A program made the translations under genes and the position numbers. Below the pieces are notes generated by a model. The model did not search any database. It saw nothing but the letters and a program-made list of their open reading frames with translations, and was not told the DNA's origin. DNA of 64,000 nt from an uncultured Bacillota bacterium (GTDB lineage: Bacteria > Bacillota > Clostridia > Oscillospirales > Oscillospiraceae), in contig CANSSJ010000003.1 of NCBI GenBank assembly GCA_947649625.1, positions 2,055 to 66,054 of the forward strand. Direction: 5' to 3'. Below are positions 47,346-56,366 of the stretch, piece after piece (within the stretch, counting starts at the first letter, position 1; every line of letters begins with the position of its first letter).

Positions 47346-48332
47346 CTACATCGGATATCTGTACATGACCCCCAGAAAGCCCAGACAGCACAGGGCCAGG
47401 GTGACGCCGGAGAAGACGCAGAACAGCTTGGTTTCGCTCCAGCCGCCCATCTCAAAGTGGTGGTGGAGGGGGGCCATGCGGAAAAACCGCTTGCCGTGGG
47501 TCTTTTTGAAATAAATCACCTGGATGATGTCGGACAGCACCTCGGCCACATAGACCAGCCCCACAATCGGGATCACCAGGGGGATATCCAGGGCGAAGGC
47601 CAGGCCGCACACCATCCCGCCCAGGAACAGTGAGCCGGTGTCGCCCATAAAGACCTTGGCCGGGTGGAAGTTGTAGATCAGGAAGGCGGCCAGTCCTCCC
47701 GCCAGGGCGGCGGACAGGATTGCCAGATCGTTCCGGCCGAACCAGGCGGCCACCGCCATGTAAAACAGGGCAACGGGGATGGTGACACCGGTGGCCAGCC
47801 CGTCGATGCCGTCGGTGAGGTTGACGGCGTTCACCGTGCCCACCATGACAAAGGCGGCAAAGACCATGTACACCACCCAGGGCAGGGGGAAGGTCACGTT
47901 AAAAAAGGGAATAAACAGGTTGGGGGTCAGGTAGCCCTCCCCACGCATGAGCACCGTGAAGGCGATGGCCGCCGCCAGCTGAAGGAGAAACTTCTGGGCG
48001 GCGGTGAGGCCCTCGTTGGCGTGGTGGCGCAGCTTCTGGAAGTCGTCGATCATGCCGATGACCCCGAACACCAGAGCGAAGAGGAACACATACAGGTGCT
48101 TATAGTTCCCACCCCGGATCTCCTCCCAGCCGGCCACCACGCAGGCCGCGCCGATGGCCAGGATGAACATGATCCCTCCCATGGTGGGGGTGCCCTGCTT
48201 GGACATGTGCCAGGTGGGGCCGTCCGCCCGGATGGACTGGCCCGCCTTCAGCCGGCGCAGCAGCGGAATCAGAATCTGCCCCACGATGGCGGCCACGCCG
48301 AAGGCCACAATAAAGCTGAGGATATATGTCAT
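47346..48332 (-). CDS. mraY: Phospho-MurNAc-pentapeptide transferase
   Basis: KQGTPTMGG, NAVNLTDGIDGL, FMGDTGS, MAPLHHH. Confidence 0.97.
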   Translation of the reverse strand: MTYILSFIVAFGVAAIVGQILIPLLRRLKAGQSIRADGPTWHMSKQGTPTMGGIMFILAIGAACVVAGWEEIRGGNYKHLYVFLFALVFGVIGMIDDFQKLRHHANEGLTAAQKFLLQLAAAIAFTVLMRGEGYLTPNLFIPFFNVTFPLPWVVYMVFAAFVMVGTVNAVNLTDGIDGLATGVTIPVALFYMAVAAWFGRNDLAILSAALAGGLAAFLIYNFHPAKVFMGDTGSLFLGGMVCGLAFALDIPLVIPIVGLVYVAEVLSDIIQVIYFKKTHGKRFFRMAPLHHHFEMGGWSETKLFCVFSGVTLALCCLGFLGVMYRYPM

Positions 48333-48379
48333 GGTAAACCCTCCCGGTCTCTCTCTTTTGAATCACACAAGGCAGCCGA

Positions 48380-49870
48380 TTATATCATATCTGCCGGAAC
48401 TTTTCCAGTCATTTTTTGCCGGCCGGCCGCCTCGTCGAACCAGTCCGCCACAATTTCCCGCTCGTCCATGTGGTACTGAACGCCGCTGATCTCCTGATAG
48501 GTCTCATGGCCCTTGCCGGCCAGCACGATCACGTCCCCCGGCCTGCCCTGCTCCAGGGCCCAGCCTATGGCCGCCCGGCGGTCGGGCTCCACATGAATGG
48601 CGGCCTCCGCCCCCTCCATGCCCGCCAGGATGCCGCCGATGATGGCCTCCGGGTCCTCGGTGCGGGGGTTGTCGGAGGTGACCACCGCCACGTCGGCCAG
48701 TTCCCCGGCAATGGCTCCCATGATGGGCCGCTTGGTCCTGTCCCGGTCGCCGCCGCAGCCGAACACACAGATCAGCCGTCCGGCGGTGAAGTCCCGGGCG
48801 GTGGCAAGGATGTTCTCAAGGGCGTTGGGGGTGTGGGCGTAGTCGATGATGACGGTGTAGGCCCGGGGGACGGGCACCACCTCCACCCTGCCCTTCACCC
48901 CCCGGACAGAGGGCATCACCCGGGCCATGTCCTCCAGCTCCAGGCCCAGACACAGTCCGGCAGACAGGGCGGCCAGGGCGTTGTAGATGGAGAAGCCCCC
49001 CGGAATAGGCAGATGCACCCGGCAGAGCCGGCCCACCATGAGGGCCTCAAACTCCACATGGCTGGGGAACAGGCGGATATTCTGGGCGGACAGGTCGGCC
49101 CCGGCCCTGTTCTCCGAGTAGGTGAAGATGGGGCAGCTCACCTGGTCCCGATACCACCGGCCCGCCTGGTCGTCCAGGTTGAGCACCGCTTTTTTACACT
49201 GGCCGAAAAGCAGGCCCTTGGCGTCCCGGTACTCCTCCATGGTGTGGTGGTAGTCCAGGTGGTCCTGGGTCAGGTTGGTGAACACCCCCGCGTCGAAGGC
49301 GAGCCCCGCCGTCCGGCGCTGGGCCAGGGCGTGGGAGGAGGCCTCCATCACCACATAGGCGCACCCCTCGTCGGCCATCCGGCGCAGGAGGGATTGAAGC
49401 TCCCAGCTCTCCGGCGTGGTACGGTGGGCGGGCAGTTCCTCATCCCCAATCATGTTCCGGTTGGTGCCGATGAGGCCCACCTTGGCCCCGGTCACCCGCT
49501 CCAGCAGCTCCTTGAGCAGGCTGGTGGTGGTGGTCTTGCCGTTGGTGCCGGTGACGGCCGCCAGGGTCATTTTTTCTCCGGGCCGGCCAAACCAGTTGGC
49601 CGAGACCAGGGCCAGGGCATAGCGGCTGTCCTCCGTCACCAGCCAGGGACCGGGCTCCTCCGGGGCACGCTCACACAGGACGGCGGCGGCCCCCTTCTCC
49701 AGTGCGGTTTGGATGTACAGGTGGCCGTCCGTCTTGTCGCCGGACAGGGCCACGAAGAGGGCTCCCGGCTCCAGCGTCCGCGTGTCGTAGGATATGGAAG
49801 AAATTTCCACGTCCAGGCCGGTACTCTCCCCCGTGAGGGGGACGCCGGCCAAAAGGTCGCGCAGGATCAT
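48380..49870 (-). CDS. murE: UDP-MurNAc-Ala-Glu:meso-DAP ligase
   Basis: VTGTNGKTT, MEASSH, DYAHTP, SDNPR (DAP specificity), AGKGHETYQ. Confidence 0.95.
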   Translation of the reverse strand: MILRDLLAGVPLTGESTGLDVEISSISYDTRTLEPGALFVALSGDKTDGHLYIQTALEKGAAAVLCERAPEEPGPWLVTEDSRYALALVSANWFGRPGEKMTLAAVTGTNGKTTTTSLLKELLERVTGAKVGLIGTNRNMIGDEELPAHRTTPESWELQSLLRRMADEGCAYVVMEASSHALAQRRTAGLAFDAGVFTNLTQDHLDYHHTMEEYRDAKGLLFGQCKKAVLNLDDQAGRWYRDQVSCPIFTYSENRAGADLSAQNIRLFPSHVEFEALMVGRLCRVHLPIPGGFSIYNALAALSAGLCLGLELEDMARVMPSVRGVKGRVEVVPVPRAYTVIIDYAHTPNALENILATARDFTAGRLICVFGCGGDRDRTKRPIMGAIAGELADVAVVTSDNPRTEDPEAIIGGILAGMEGAEAAIHVEPDRRAAIGWALEQGRPGDVIVLAGKGHETYQEISGVQYHMDEREIVADWFDEAAGRQKMTGKVPADMI

Positions 49871-49909
49871 GGTGTCACCCCTCACGGGTGCAGTTTCATT
49901 TTCTATAAG

Positions 49910-50040
49910 AAGCGCCGAATCCCCGAGCAGGGGAGCTTGGAACGAAGCGAGGAATACAAACCAAGCGCCGCGCAGCGGGGCTGTTTGTGTTCCGAGTCGG
50001 AGCGAAAGCGACCCGGCCGCGAGGGGACCGAGGCGTGACA
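49910..50040. other. Structured intergenic element between the PBP gene and murE (probable interspersed repeat)
   Basis: GGAATACAAAC/GTTTGTGTTCC stem, CGAAGCG and GCGAAAGCG motifs; single copy here. Confidence 0.4.
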
Positions 50041-50045
50041 ACATC

Positions 50046-52490
50046 CTATCCTACATACCCGTCCTCCACTACGTTGAAGAACCGGACGTCCACCACGGTG
50101 CCGATGGCGGCCACGTCGCCGCCCGCCACGCTCTGACCCTCGGCGGTGGTGGTGTTGCCGTAGTAGGTGGATACGCCGGAGGCCCGCATGAAGAAGCCCG
50201 CCTTCTCCAGGGCATTCCTGGCCCCCTCGTAGGTCATGCCGGTGACGTCGGGAACGGCGGCGCTCTCTTCCGGGGCGGCGTCGCCCAGGTACAGGATCAC
50301 GGTGGAGCCGCCGGGAATGCTGGTGCTGGCGGCGGGGACCTGCCGGGAGACGGCGTCCCCCTCGCCGATGGTGCGGAATTTCAGGTTCTTCTTTTTCAGG
50401 GCGCTCTCCGCGTTGGCCAGGGACATACCGGTCACCTTGGGCATGGACACATCCACCGCGGCCGACTCGTCGGCGCTGTACACCTTCTCGATGCCCATGT
50501 AGTCCAAAATCTGGGCGATGAGGGGGCCGGCCTTCTTGGCGGCCATGTTGCCGCCGCTGATGTAGACGCCGGTGGTGGACCAGTCGCTCCCCGGCTCTTT
50601 GGGCTGGGGCCGATCATAGGCCAGGAGGACGATCACCTGGGGGTCGTCTGCGGGGGCGTAGCCCATGAAGGAGACCAGGGTGTGGTCGCCCGTTACACCC
50701 ACCTCGGAGGAACCGGTCTTGCCGCCGATGCGGTAGCCCGCCACATAGGCGTTGCCGCCGGTCCCCTCAGACACCACTTTTTCCAGAATATCAGCGGCCC
50801 GCTGGCTGGTCTGCTGGCTGATCACCTGCCGAATCACCTCGGTCTGGGTGTTCTGGATGACGGTGCCGTCCTGAGCGGCCACTGTCTGGACCACATAGGG
50901 CTTTACCAGGTTGCCTCCGTTGATGACGGCGGAAAAGGCGCAGATCATCTGGAGGGGGGTCACTTCAAAACGCTGGCCGAAGGAAGCGGTGGCCAACTCC
51001 ACCTCGCCCATCTTGTCCTTATCCCAGATGGCGCCCTTCAGGCTGGCCTCGCCGGGCAGGTCAATGCCTGTGTTTTCCATCAGGCCAAAGGCCTCAAAGT
51101 ACTGGTAAAATTTATCTTTGCCCAGCCGCTGGCCGATCTCCATAAAGGCGGGGTTGCAGGAGTTGCCCACCGCTCTGGTCAGATCCTGGTCCTTGTGGCC
51201 GCTTTTTTTGGAGCATTGGATTTCCCGGTCCGCTACTTTTTTGACGCCGGAACAGAAGAAATGGTCACTCTCTTTCACCACCCCCTCCTCCAGGGCGGAG
51301 GCCAGCACCACCGCCTTGAAGACGGAGCCCGGCTCATAGCGGGAGTCAATGGCCCGGCTGCGCCACTGGGTGTTCACCGCGTTGGAGTAGGCCTGGGCCT
51401 CCGCCTTGCTCATCAGCTCGCTGTCGGTGAGATTCTCGGTGTTGGCCGCCTTCAGCTTTTCAAATATCTCGTTTTTGTCCGTCTCCATCTGGGCGAGGAG
51501 CCGTTCGTCGGTGACCTTGGAATAGCTGTTGGGGTCAAATTCCGGGGAGCTGGCGATGCCTAAGATCGCCCCCGTCTTGGGGTTCATGGCGATGGCGAAG
51601 GCCCCCTCCTGCACGTCGAAGTCCACGATCCCCTCCTCCAGGGTCTTTTCCAGGTAGGACTGAATGGTGGCGTCGATGGTGAGGGTCAGGTCGTAGCCGT
51701 CCACCGCGTCGATATATTGGGCGTAAGTATTGAACCGCTCGGTGCCCCCGGCGGTGCGGGTGGTGTATACCCGGCCGGCGGTCCCCTCCAGCAGCTCGTT
51801 GTACACCGCCTCGATGCCATAGGCCCCCCCGTTGTCGTTGACAAAGCCCAGGGCCTGGGCGGCCAGGCCGGAGTATGGGTAATAGCGCTTGGTGCTGGTA
51901 ATCAGATATAGGTAGGAGGCCGTCTTGTTTTCGGCGATGTAGGCCCGCAGGGCCTCGGCCTCCTCCTCCTCAATGTTGGTCTTGACCTCCCAGTAGGCCG
52001 CCTTGGTGTTGTGGACCTGTTTGGTCACCCGCTCCCGGTCCAGCGTGGGCACCAGGGCCATCAGCTCCTCCACCATCTGGTCCTGGCGGGCGGCCACCCT
52101 GGCCTGGTATATCTCCTCGGGCAGGGGCTTGCCGTCCTCGTCCTTGTTGGACACACTCTTCATCAGGTCCAGGGGGGACAGAATCAGCTTATAGACCGTG
52201 GCCGACATCGCCATCATATTGCCGTTCCGGTCGTAGATGTTGCCCCGCCGGGCGGAGATGGCATAGTCCTTGGTCTGCTGCTGGGCTGCCAGCTTCTGGT
52301 ACTCGTCGTGGTGGACGATGGCAATATCCCACAGCCGCCACGCCAGCGGAATGAACATCAGCACGCCGCACACCCCCATCAGGAAGATGGTGCGCCGGAA
52401 GATCGCCCGTTTGGAATGGCTTCCCCGGGTAGCCCCCGTGGGCGCGCCCGCCCAGCCGATACCCTGCTCGTATTTTCTTCTGGTTCGCAT
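50046..52490 (-). CDS. Class B penicillin-binding protein with two PASTA domains (SpoVD/FtsI-like)
   Basis: EPGSVFK (SxxK), SCN, KTG motifs; dcw position. Confidence 0.9.
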   Translation of the reverse strand: MRTRRKYEQGIGWAGAPTGATRGSHSKRAIFRRTIFLMGVCGVLMFIPLAWRLWDIAIVHHDEYQKLAAQQQTKDYAISARRGNIYDRNGNMMAMSATVYKLILSPLDLMKSVSNKDEDGKPLPEEIYQARVAARQDQMVEELMALVPTLDRERVTKQVHNTKAAYWEVKTNIEEEEAEALRAYIAENKTASYLYLITSTKRYYPYSGLAAQALGFVNDNGGAYGIEAVYNELLEGTAGRVYTTRTAGGTERFNTYAQYIDAVDGYDLTLTIDATIQSYLEKTLEEGIVDFDVQEGAFAIAMNPKTGAILGIASSPEFDPNSYSKVTDERLLAQMETDKNEIFEKLKAANTENLTDSELMSKAEAQAYSNAVNTQWRSRAIDSRYEPGSVFKAVVLASALEEGVVKESDHFFCSGVKKVADREIQCSKKSGHKDQDLTRAVGNSCNPAFMEIGQRLGKDKFYQYFEAFGLMENTGIDLPGEASLKGAIWDKDKMGEVELATASFGQRFEVTPLQMICAFSAVINGGNLVKPYVVQTVAAQDGTVIQNTQTEVIRQVISQQTSQRAADILEKVVSEGTGGNAYVAGYRIGGKTGSSEVGVTGDHTLVSFMGYAPADDPQVIVLLAYDRPQPKEPGSDWSTTGVYISGGNMAAKKAGPLIAQILDYMGIEKVYSADESAAVDVSMPKVTGMSLANAESALKKKNLKFRTIGEGDAVSRQVPAASTSIPGGSTVILYLGDAAPEESAAVPDVTGMTYEGARNALEKAGFFMRASGVSTYYGNTTTAEGQSVAGGDVAAIGTVVDVRFFNVVEDGYVG

Positions 52491-52516
52491 GGGCAATCCC
52501 CTCCCTTTGCGGAAAA

Positions 52517-52626
52517 GGGCGCAAGAAACACACTTTCTTGCGCCCGAAATTCTCTATTTACCGGTGAGCTTGCGCGCCTGCCCAACCGCCCGTATCCACT
52601 CTATGTACGGGTCAGCGGAAATATTC
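52517..52626 (-). promoter_or_regulatory. sigmaE-like promoter GAATATT-N14-CATAGAGT (52598-52626) followed by a 12-bp hairpin with U-run (52513-52545)
   Basis: Matches the B. subtilis sigmaE consensus spacing; GGGCGCAAGAAA/TTTCTTGCGCCC. Confidence 0.45.
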
Positions 52627-53178
52627 TGTAATACTGACAAAAATGCTTCCGATCCCATGCACAATGGCCTGGAAGCCGGAGCCTCCCTTTTCCTCCTGAA
52701 AAACGATTACGGTATCCGGTTCGGACAGGTCGATATAGACCACCTGATCCCCCGTGGGACGCACCATGGTGTCCTCCACCGCCTTCTGGATAGTGGCCAG
52801 GTCAAAGACCTTTTCATACTGGGCGGACAGGGTCACATTTTCCTCTTTCAGCTCGGACAGCTCCCGGCGCAGGGAGACCATCTCGTCGTTGGCCACCGTC
52901 AGCTGGGCATAGCTGGTAATCAGCATCACGGCGAAGACGGCCACCGCGAGAAAGCCGACCACCGCGAAGGGGGCGATCTGTCCCGCCTGCCGCACCTCCA
53001 CCCGGGCCCGCTCATGGCGGCGGACCTGCTCCCGCCGTCTGGGCTGGGGGACGGGGAGCCGATCCAGCTCCTCCTCTCTGCGGGGGACGCGGGCCGCGTT
53101 TCCGTCGTAGAGGGGGGAGTAGGCCGCGCTGCCGTATGTGCTGTATGCAGTTGTGGTACGGCGTCGGTTGGCGGCCAT
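52612..53178 (-). CDS. ftsL: FtsL-like cell division protein
   Basis: One TM plus coiled coil; between rsmH and the PBP gene. Confidence 0.75.
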   Translation of the reverse strand: MAANRRRTTTAYSTYGSAAYSPLYDGNAARVPRREEELDRLPVPQPRRREQVRRHERARVEVRQAGQIAPFAVVGFLAVAVFAVMLITSYAQLTVANDEMVSLRRELSELKEENVTLSAQYEKVFDLATIQKAVEDTMVRPTGDQVVYIDLSEPDTVIVFQEEKGGSGFQAIVHGIGSIFVSITEYFR

Positions 53179-53191
53179 GGTGTGTTCTCCT

Positions 53192-54127
53192 TTACAGTTT
53201 CTCGGCCACCCGCAGCTTGGAGCTGCGGGCCCGGGGATTTTCTTCAATTTCCCGCTCACTGGGCAGGATGGGCTTTTTATTCACCAGTCTGATATCCGGG
53301 GTCCTCCCGCAGACGCATACCGGGAAGTCCGGGGGACAGGTGCAGCCCCGGGCAAACTCGGCCAGACCGGTCTTGACAATGCGGTCCTCCAGGGAGTGGA
53401 AGGTGATCACGGCCAGCCGTCCGCCCCGGTTCAGCCGGGGGACAGCCCGCCGGAGCATCCGCTCCACCGAGGCCAGCTCGTCGTTGACGGCGATGCGGAT
53501 GGCCTGGAAGGTGCGCTTGGCGGGGTGCTGCTTCTCCCGCAGGGCCTTTCCCGGCATGGCGCTTTTGATGACCTCCACCAGCTCCAGGGTGGTGGTAATG
53601 GGCTTGTCCTCCCGGCGGCGGACGATGGCCCCGGCGATCTGGGGGGCGTACCGCTCCTCCCCGTACCGGGATATGATCCGGCGCAGCTCCTCCTGAGGCC
53701 AGGTGTTGACAATATCGGCGGCGGTGAGTCCCTCCCCCCGGTCCATCCGCATGTCCAGGGGGGCGTCGGTCATATAGGAGAAGCCTCGGGCCCCGTCGTC
53801 CAGCTGGGGGGAGGACACCCCCAGATCGAAGAGCATCCCGTCCACACCGGGCAGGGACAGCCCGTCCAATATCCCGTCCACCCGGTCAAAATTGCTGTGG
53901 ACCAGAGTCACCCAGTCCATCCAGGGGGCCAGCCGCTCCCGGGCGGCGTCCAGCGCCGCCTGATCCCGGTCCACACAGATGAGCCGTCCGGCGGTCAGCC
54001 GCCGGGCGATCTCCCGGCTGTGGCCCGCCCGACCCAGGGTGCCGTCCAGATAGATCCCGTCCGGGCGGATGTTCAGCGCCTCAATGCACTCGTCCAGCAG
54101 CACCGGGCGGTGGGTAAACTCACTCAT
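53192..54127 (-). CDS. rsmH: 16S rRNA m4C1402 methyltransferase
   Basis: HRPVLL, DGTLGRAGH, DLGVSSPQLD, TFHSLEDR, NPRARS. Confidence 0.97.
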   Translation of the reverse strand: MSEFTHRPVLLDECIEALNIRPDGIYLDGTLGRAGHSREIARRLTAGRLICVDRDQAALDAARERLAPWMDWVTLVHSNFDRVDGILDGLSLPGVDGMLFDLGVSSPQLDDGARGFSYMTDAPLDMRMDRGEGLTAADIVNTWPQEELRRIISRYGEERYAPQIAGAIVRRREDKPITTTLELVEVIKSAMPGKALREKQHPAKRTFQAIRIAVNDELASVERMLRRAVPRLNRGGRLAVITFHSLEDRIVKTGLAEFARGCTCPPDFPVCVCGRTPDIRLVNKKPILPSEREIEENPRARSSKLRVAEKL

Positions 54128-54128
54128 G

Positions 54129-54545
54129 TCAGAACCCCAGCTCAGCCATACAGGCGGCCATCTTCTCGGGGGTCATCTCTTCCTCCTCCTGGGCGTTCCA
54201 GGCGGCAGCCGACCAGATCTCCGCCCGATCGTGGACGCCGATGATAACGGCGTCCTTCTCCAGCCCGGCGTATTTCCGCAGCTTCTGGGGGATGACAATG
54301 CGGCCCTGGCTGTCCGGCTCACACCTGGCGGCGTTGGCAAACAGGGGGCGCATGGCCTTGGACTGGCTCATGGGCAGGGAGGCAAACTTTTCGGTAAAGC
54401 GGTCCCATGTGGACTGGGGATAGACGGCCAGGCACGCGTCCACGCCCATGGCCAGATAGAAGGACACGCCCAGCTCTTCCCGGAGTCTGGAGGGGATGAA
54501 CAACCGGCCCTTGGCGTCGATGCTGTGCTCATATGTGCCGGTCAC
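54129..54545 (-). CDS. mraZ: Division/cell wall cluster transcriptional repressor
   Basis: IDAKGRLFIP, DSQGRIVIP, GVHDRAEIW. Confidence 0.96.
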   Translation of the reverse strand: MTGTYEHSIDAKGRLFIPSRLREELGVSFYLAMGVDACLAVYPQSTWDRFTEKFASLPMSQSKAMRPLFANAARCEPDSQGRIVIPQKLRKYAGLEKDAVIIGVHDRAEIWSAAAWNAQEEEEMTPEKMAACMAELGF

Positions 54546-54551
54546 CGCTCC

Positions 54552-54620
54552 TCACCTCTCCCCACTCTGGCATTATTTTCAGGGATTTTACTCCACTTTG
54601 CTCCACTTTGCTTCTCCAGT
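54552..54620 (-). promoter_or_regulatory. MraZ binding repeats
   Basis: 10-bp direct repeats CAAAGTGGAG x2 (54591-54610) plus GTGGGGAGAGGTGAG, matching the known GTGG-N6 periodicity. Confidence 0.7.
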
Positions 54621-54962
54621 ATAAATCGTGTTGACATAAAAAGCAAGTGTTTTTTTCTGCCTCTTTTGTTTCAAACTCCGCAATTTCCACGAAAAACTTG
54701 CGTTTTTTTCATCAAAAACGTATGTTCTATTTCTCTCGGAAATCCTCCTTTTTCTTCTCCGGATACAAGATATGTGTTACATGCATCTCCAGGCCGTCAA
54801 CATCTTGTATCCTCTTCCAAAGCCCATCGTCCCCCCTATATTCCAAAAGCCGCCAAAAAAGTTATAAATATTTTTTTACACACCCGTTTTTATTAAAAAA
54901 ATCTTCCCCAGCGGCAAAAAATATGGTATACTGAGTCAAAATCTGCATCGGGAGGAAACAAT

Positions 54963-55538
54963 ATGCTGTACAACGATTGGACGGCGCTGGAACAGGCCTG
55001 TCTGTCCTGCCAGAAGTGCGCCCTGGCCGGCACCCGGCACAATGTGGTCTTCGGCACCGGCCCCCGGGACGCTGAGGTGATGTGCATCGGCGAGGGCCCC
55101 GGAGAGAACGAGGACCTCCAGGGCCAGCCCTTTGTGGGCCGGGGGGGCAAGCTGCTGGACGACATGCTGGAGATGGTAGACCTGAGCCGGGAGAAGAATG
55201 TCTACATCGCCAACATGGTCAAGTGCCGCCCGCCCCAGAACCGGGACCCCCTGAACACCGAGCAGGAGGCCTGCATCGACTACCTGCGCAGCCAGGTGGC
55301 CCTCATCCGGCCCAAGATCATCGTCTGCCTGGGCCGCATTGCCGCCTGCAAGCTCATTAAAGAGGACTTCAAGATCACCCGGGAGCACGGCCAGTGGTTT
55401 GAGAAAAACGGCGTGTGGATGACCGCCCTGTTCCACCCCGCCGCCATCCTCCGGGACCCCCGCCGCCGCCCCGAGACCTTCGAGGACCTGAAGGCCATCC
55501 AGGCCAAGATCCGGGAGGTCTGCACGCATACATATTAA
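54963..55538 (+). CDS. udg: Family 4 uracil-DNA glycosylase (Fe-S)
   Basis: CQKC, GEGPG, GQPFVG, KCRPPQNR, FHPAA. Confidence 0.93.
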   Translation: MLYNDWTALEQACLSCQKCALAGTRHNVVFGTGPRDAEVMCIGEGPGENEDLQGQPFVGRGGKLLDDMLEMVDLSREKNVYIANMVKCRPPQNRDPLNTEQEACIDYLRSQVALIRPKIIVCLGRIAACKLIKEDFKITREHGQWFEKNGVWMTALFHPAAILRDPRRRPETFEDLKAIQAKIREVCTHTY

Positions 55539-55554
55539 AAAACGGGGCATACTG
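55526..55554 (+). promoter_or_regulatory. sigmaG-like promoter GCATA-N17-CATACTG
   Basis: Near-consensus GHATR / CATAHTA just upstream of the small ORF. Confidence 0.4.
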
Positions 55555-55570
55555 GCGTCGAGGTGATTGT

Positions 55571-55756
55571 ATGGACGTCAATATGAATGCAGCCGTTACC
55601 TTCGGGGAACTGCTGCAAAAGAACCCCCAGGCCGCCGCCTACTACGACCGCTGCACCCCCGAGCAGCGGAACGCCATCCTGCTCCAGCTGGGCCAGGTGA
55701 CCAGCCAGTCCCAGCTGCGGGCCTTTGTGGACAACCTGCCCAGCGCATCGCTCTAA
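55571..55756 (+). CDS. Small helical hypothetical protein, 61 aa
   Basis: RBS GAGGTG; MDVNMNAAVTFGELLQKNPQAAAYYDRCTPEQRNAILLQLGQVTSQSQLRAFVDNLPSASL; terminator follows. Confidence 0.7.
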   Translation: MDVNMNAAVTFGELLQKNPQAAAYYDRCTPEQRNAILLQLGQVTSQSQLRAFVDNLPSASL

Positions 55757-55789
55757 AAAATTTCCCGCCCTGTGGGCGGGAAATTTTTT
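55755..55789. terminator. Bidirectional terminator
   Basis: AAAAATTTCCCGCCC-tgt-GGGCGGGAAATTTTT. Confidence 0.85.
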
Positions 55790-56366
55790 ATCCCCAGCCG
55801 CCGGTAAAGGCGGGCTGGCAGTCGGTGTCCTGGACCACAAAAATCTCATAGAGATGGGACAGGGCGTCCCAGGTGGCGGTGTCCATACAGCCTGTCTGGG
55901 GCAGGCCCGCCGCCTTTTGCAGCCAGCGGATGTTGTCGGCTGAGGCGGGGCCGTTACAGCCGTCGGCAGGGCAGGGGGTGACCCCCTCAAACTGACCGGC
56001 CAGTATATTGAACATGGTCTGTGGGACGATCAGGTACTCCTTGGTCTCCCCCTCATGGACCTGGATACCCTCTGAGGGAAAGATGCGGGTGGCCCGGGAG
56101 TAGCCGGTCCTGGGCCGCTGGGCCAGCCAGCAGTTCCGGATGGCTTCCCAGGTGGCCTGGTCCACCGTTCCGGTGACGGGCAGGCCCGCCTCCCGCTGGA
56201 AGCACATCACCGCCTCCAGGGTCCGTTCACCAAACACGCCGTCCACCGCCACCTGGGGCAGGAATTTATAGGTTTTGGATAGCTGACGCAGCATATATTG
56301 AAGACTCATAACCGGGTTGGCTACCATCTCCCGCTCCAGCAGCTCCCGGTTCAAATCAAAATTCAT
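55788..56366 (-). CDS. Peptidoglycan-binding domain protein (two PG_binding_1-like units)
   Basis: VDGVFGERTLEAV..FQREAGLPVTGTVDQATW; WLQKAAGLPQTG.MD.ATW. Confidence 0.85.
   Translation of the reverse strand: MNFDLNRELLEREMVANPVMSLQYMLRQLSKTYKFLPQVAVDGVFGERTLEAVMCFQREAGLPVTGTVDQATWEAIRNCWLAQRPRTGYSRATRIFPSEGIQVHEGETKEYLIVPQTMFNILAGQFEGVTPCPADGCNGPASADNIRWLQKAAGLPQTGCMDTATWDALSHLYEIFVVQDTDCQPAFTGGWG

Noticed and set aside
54730-54752. Strong minus-strand RBS (AAGGAGG) suggesting a hidden ORF upstream of mraZ
   Set aside because: No start codon at usable spacing
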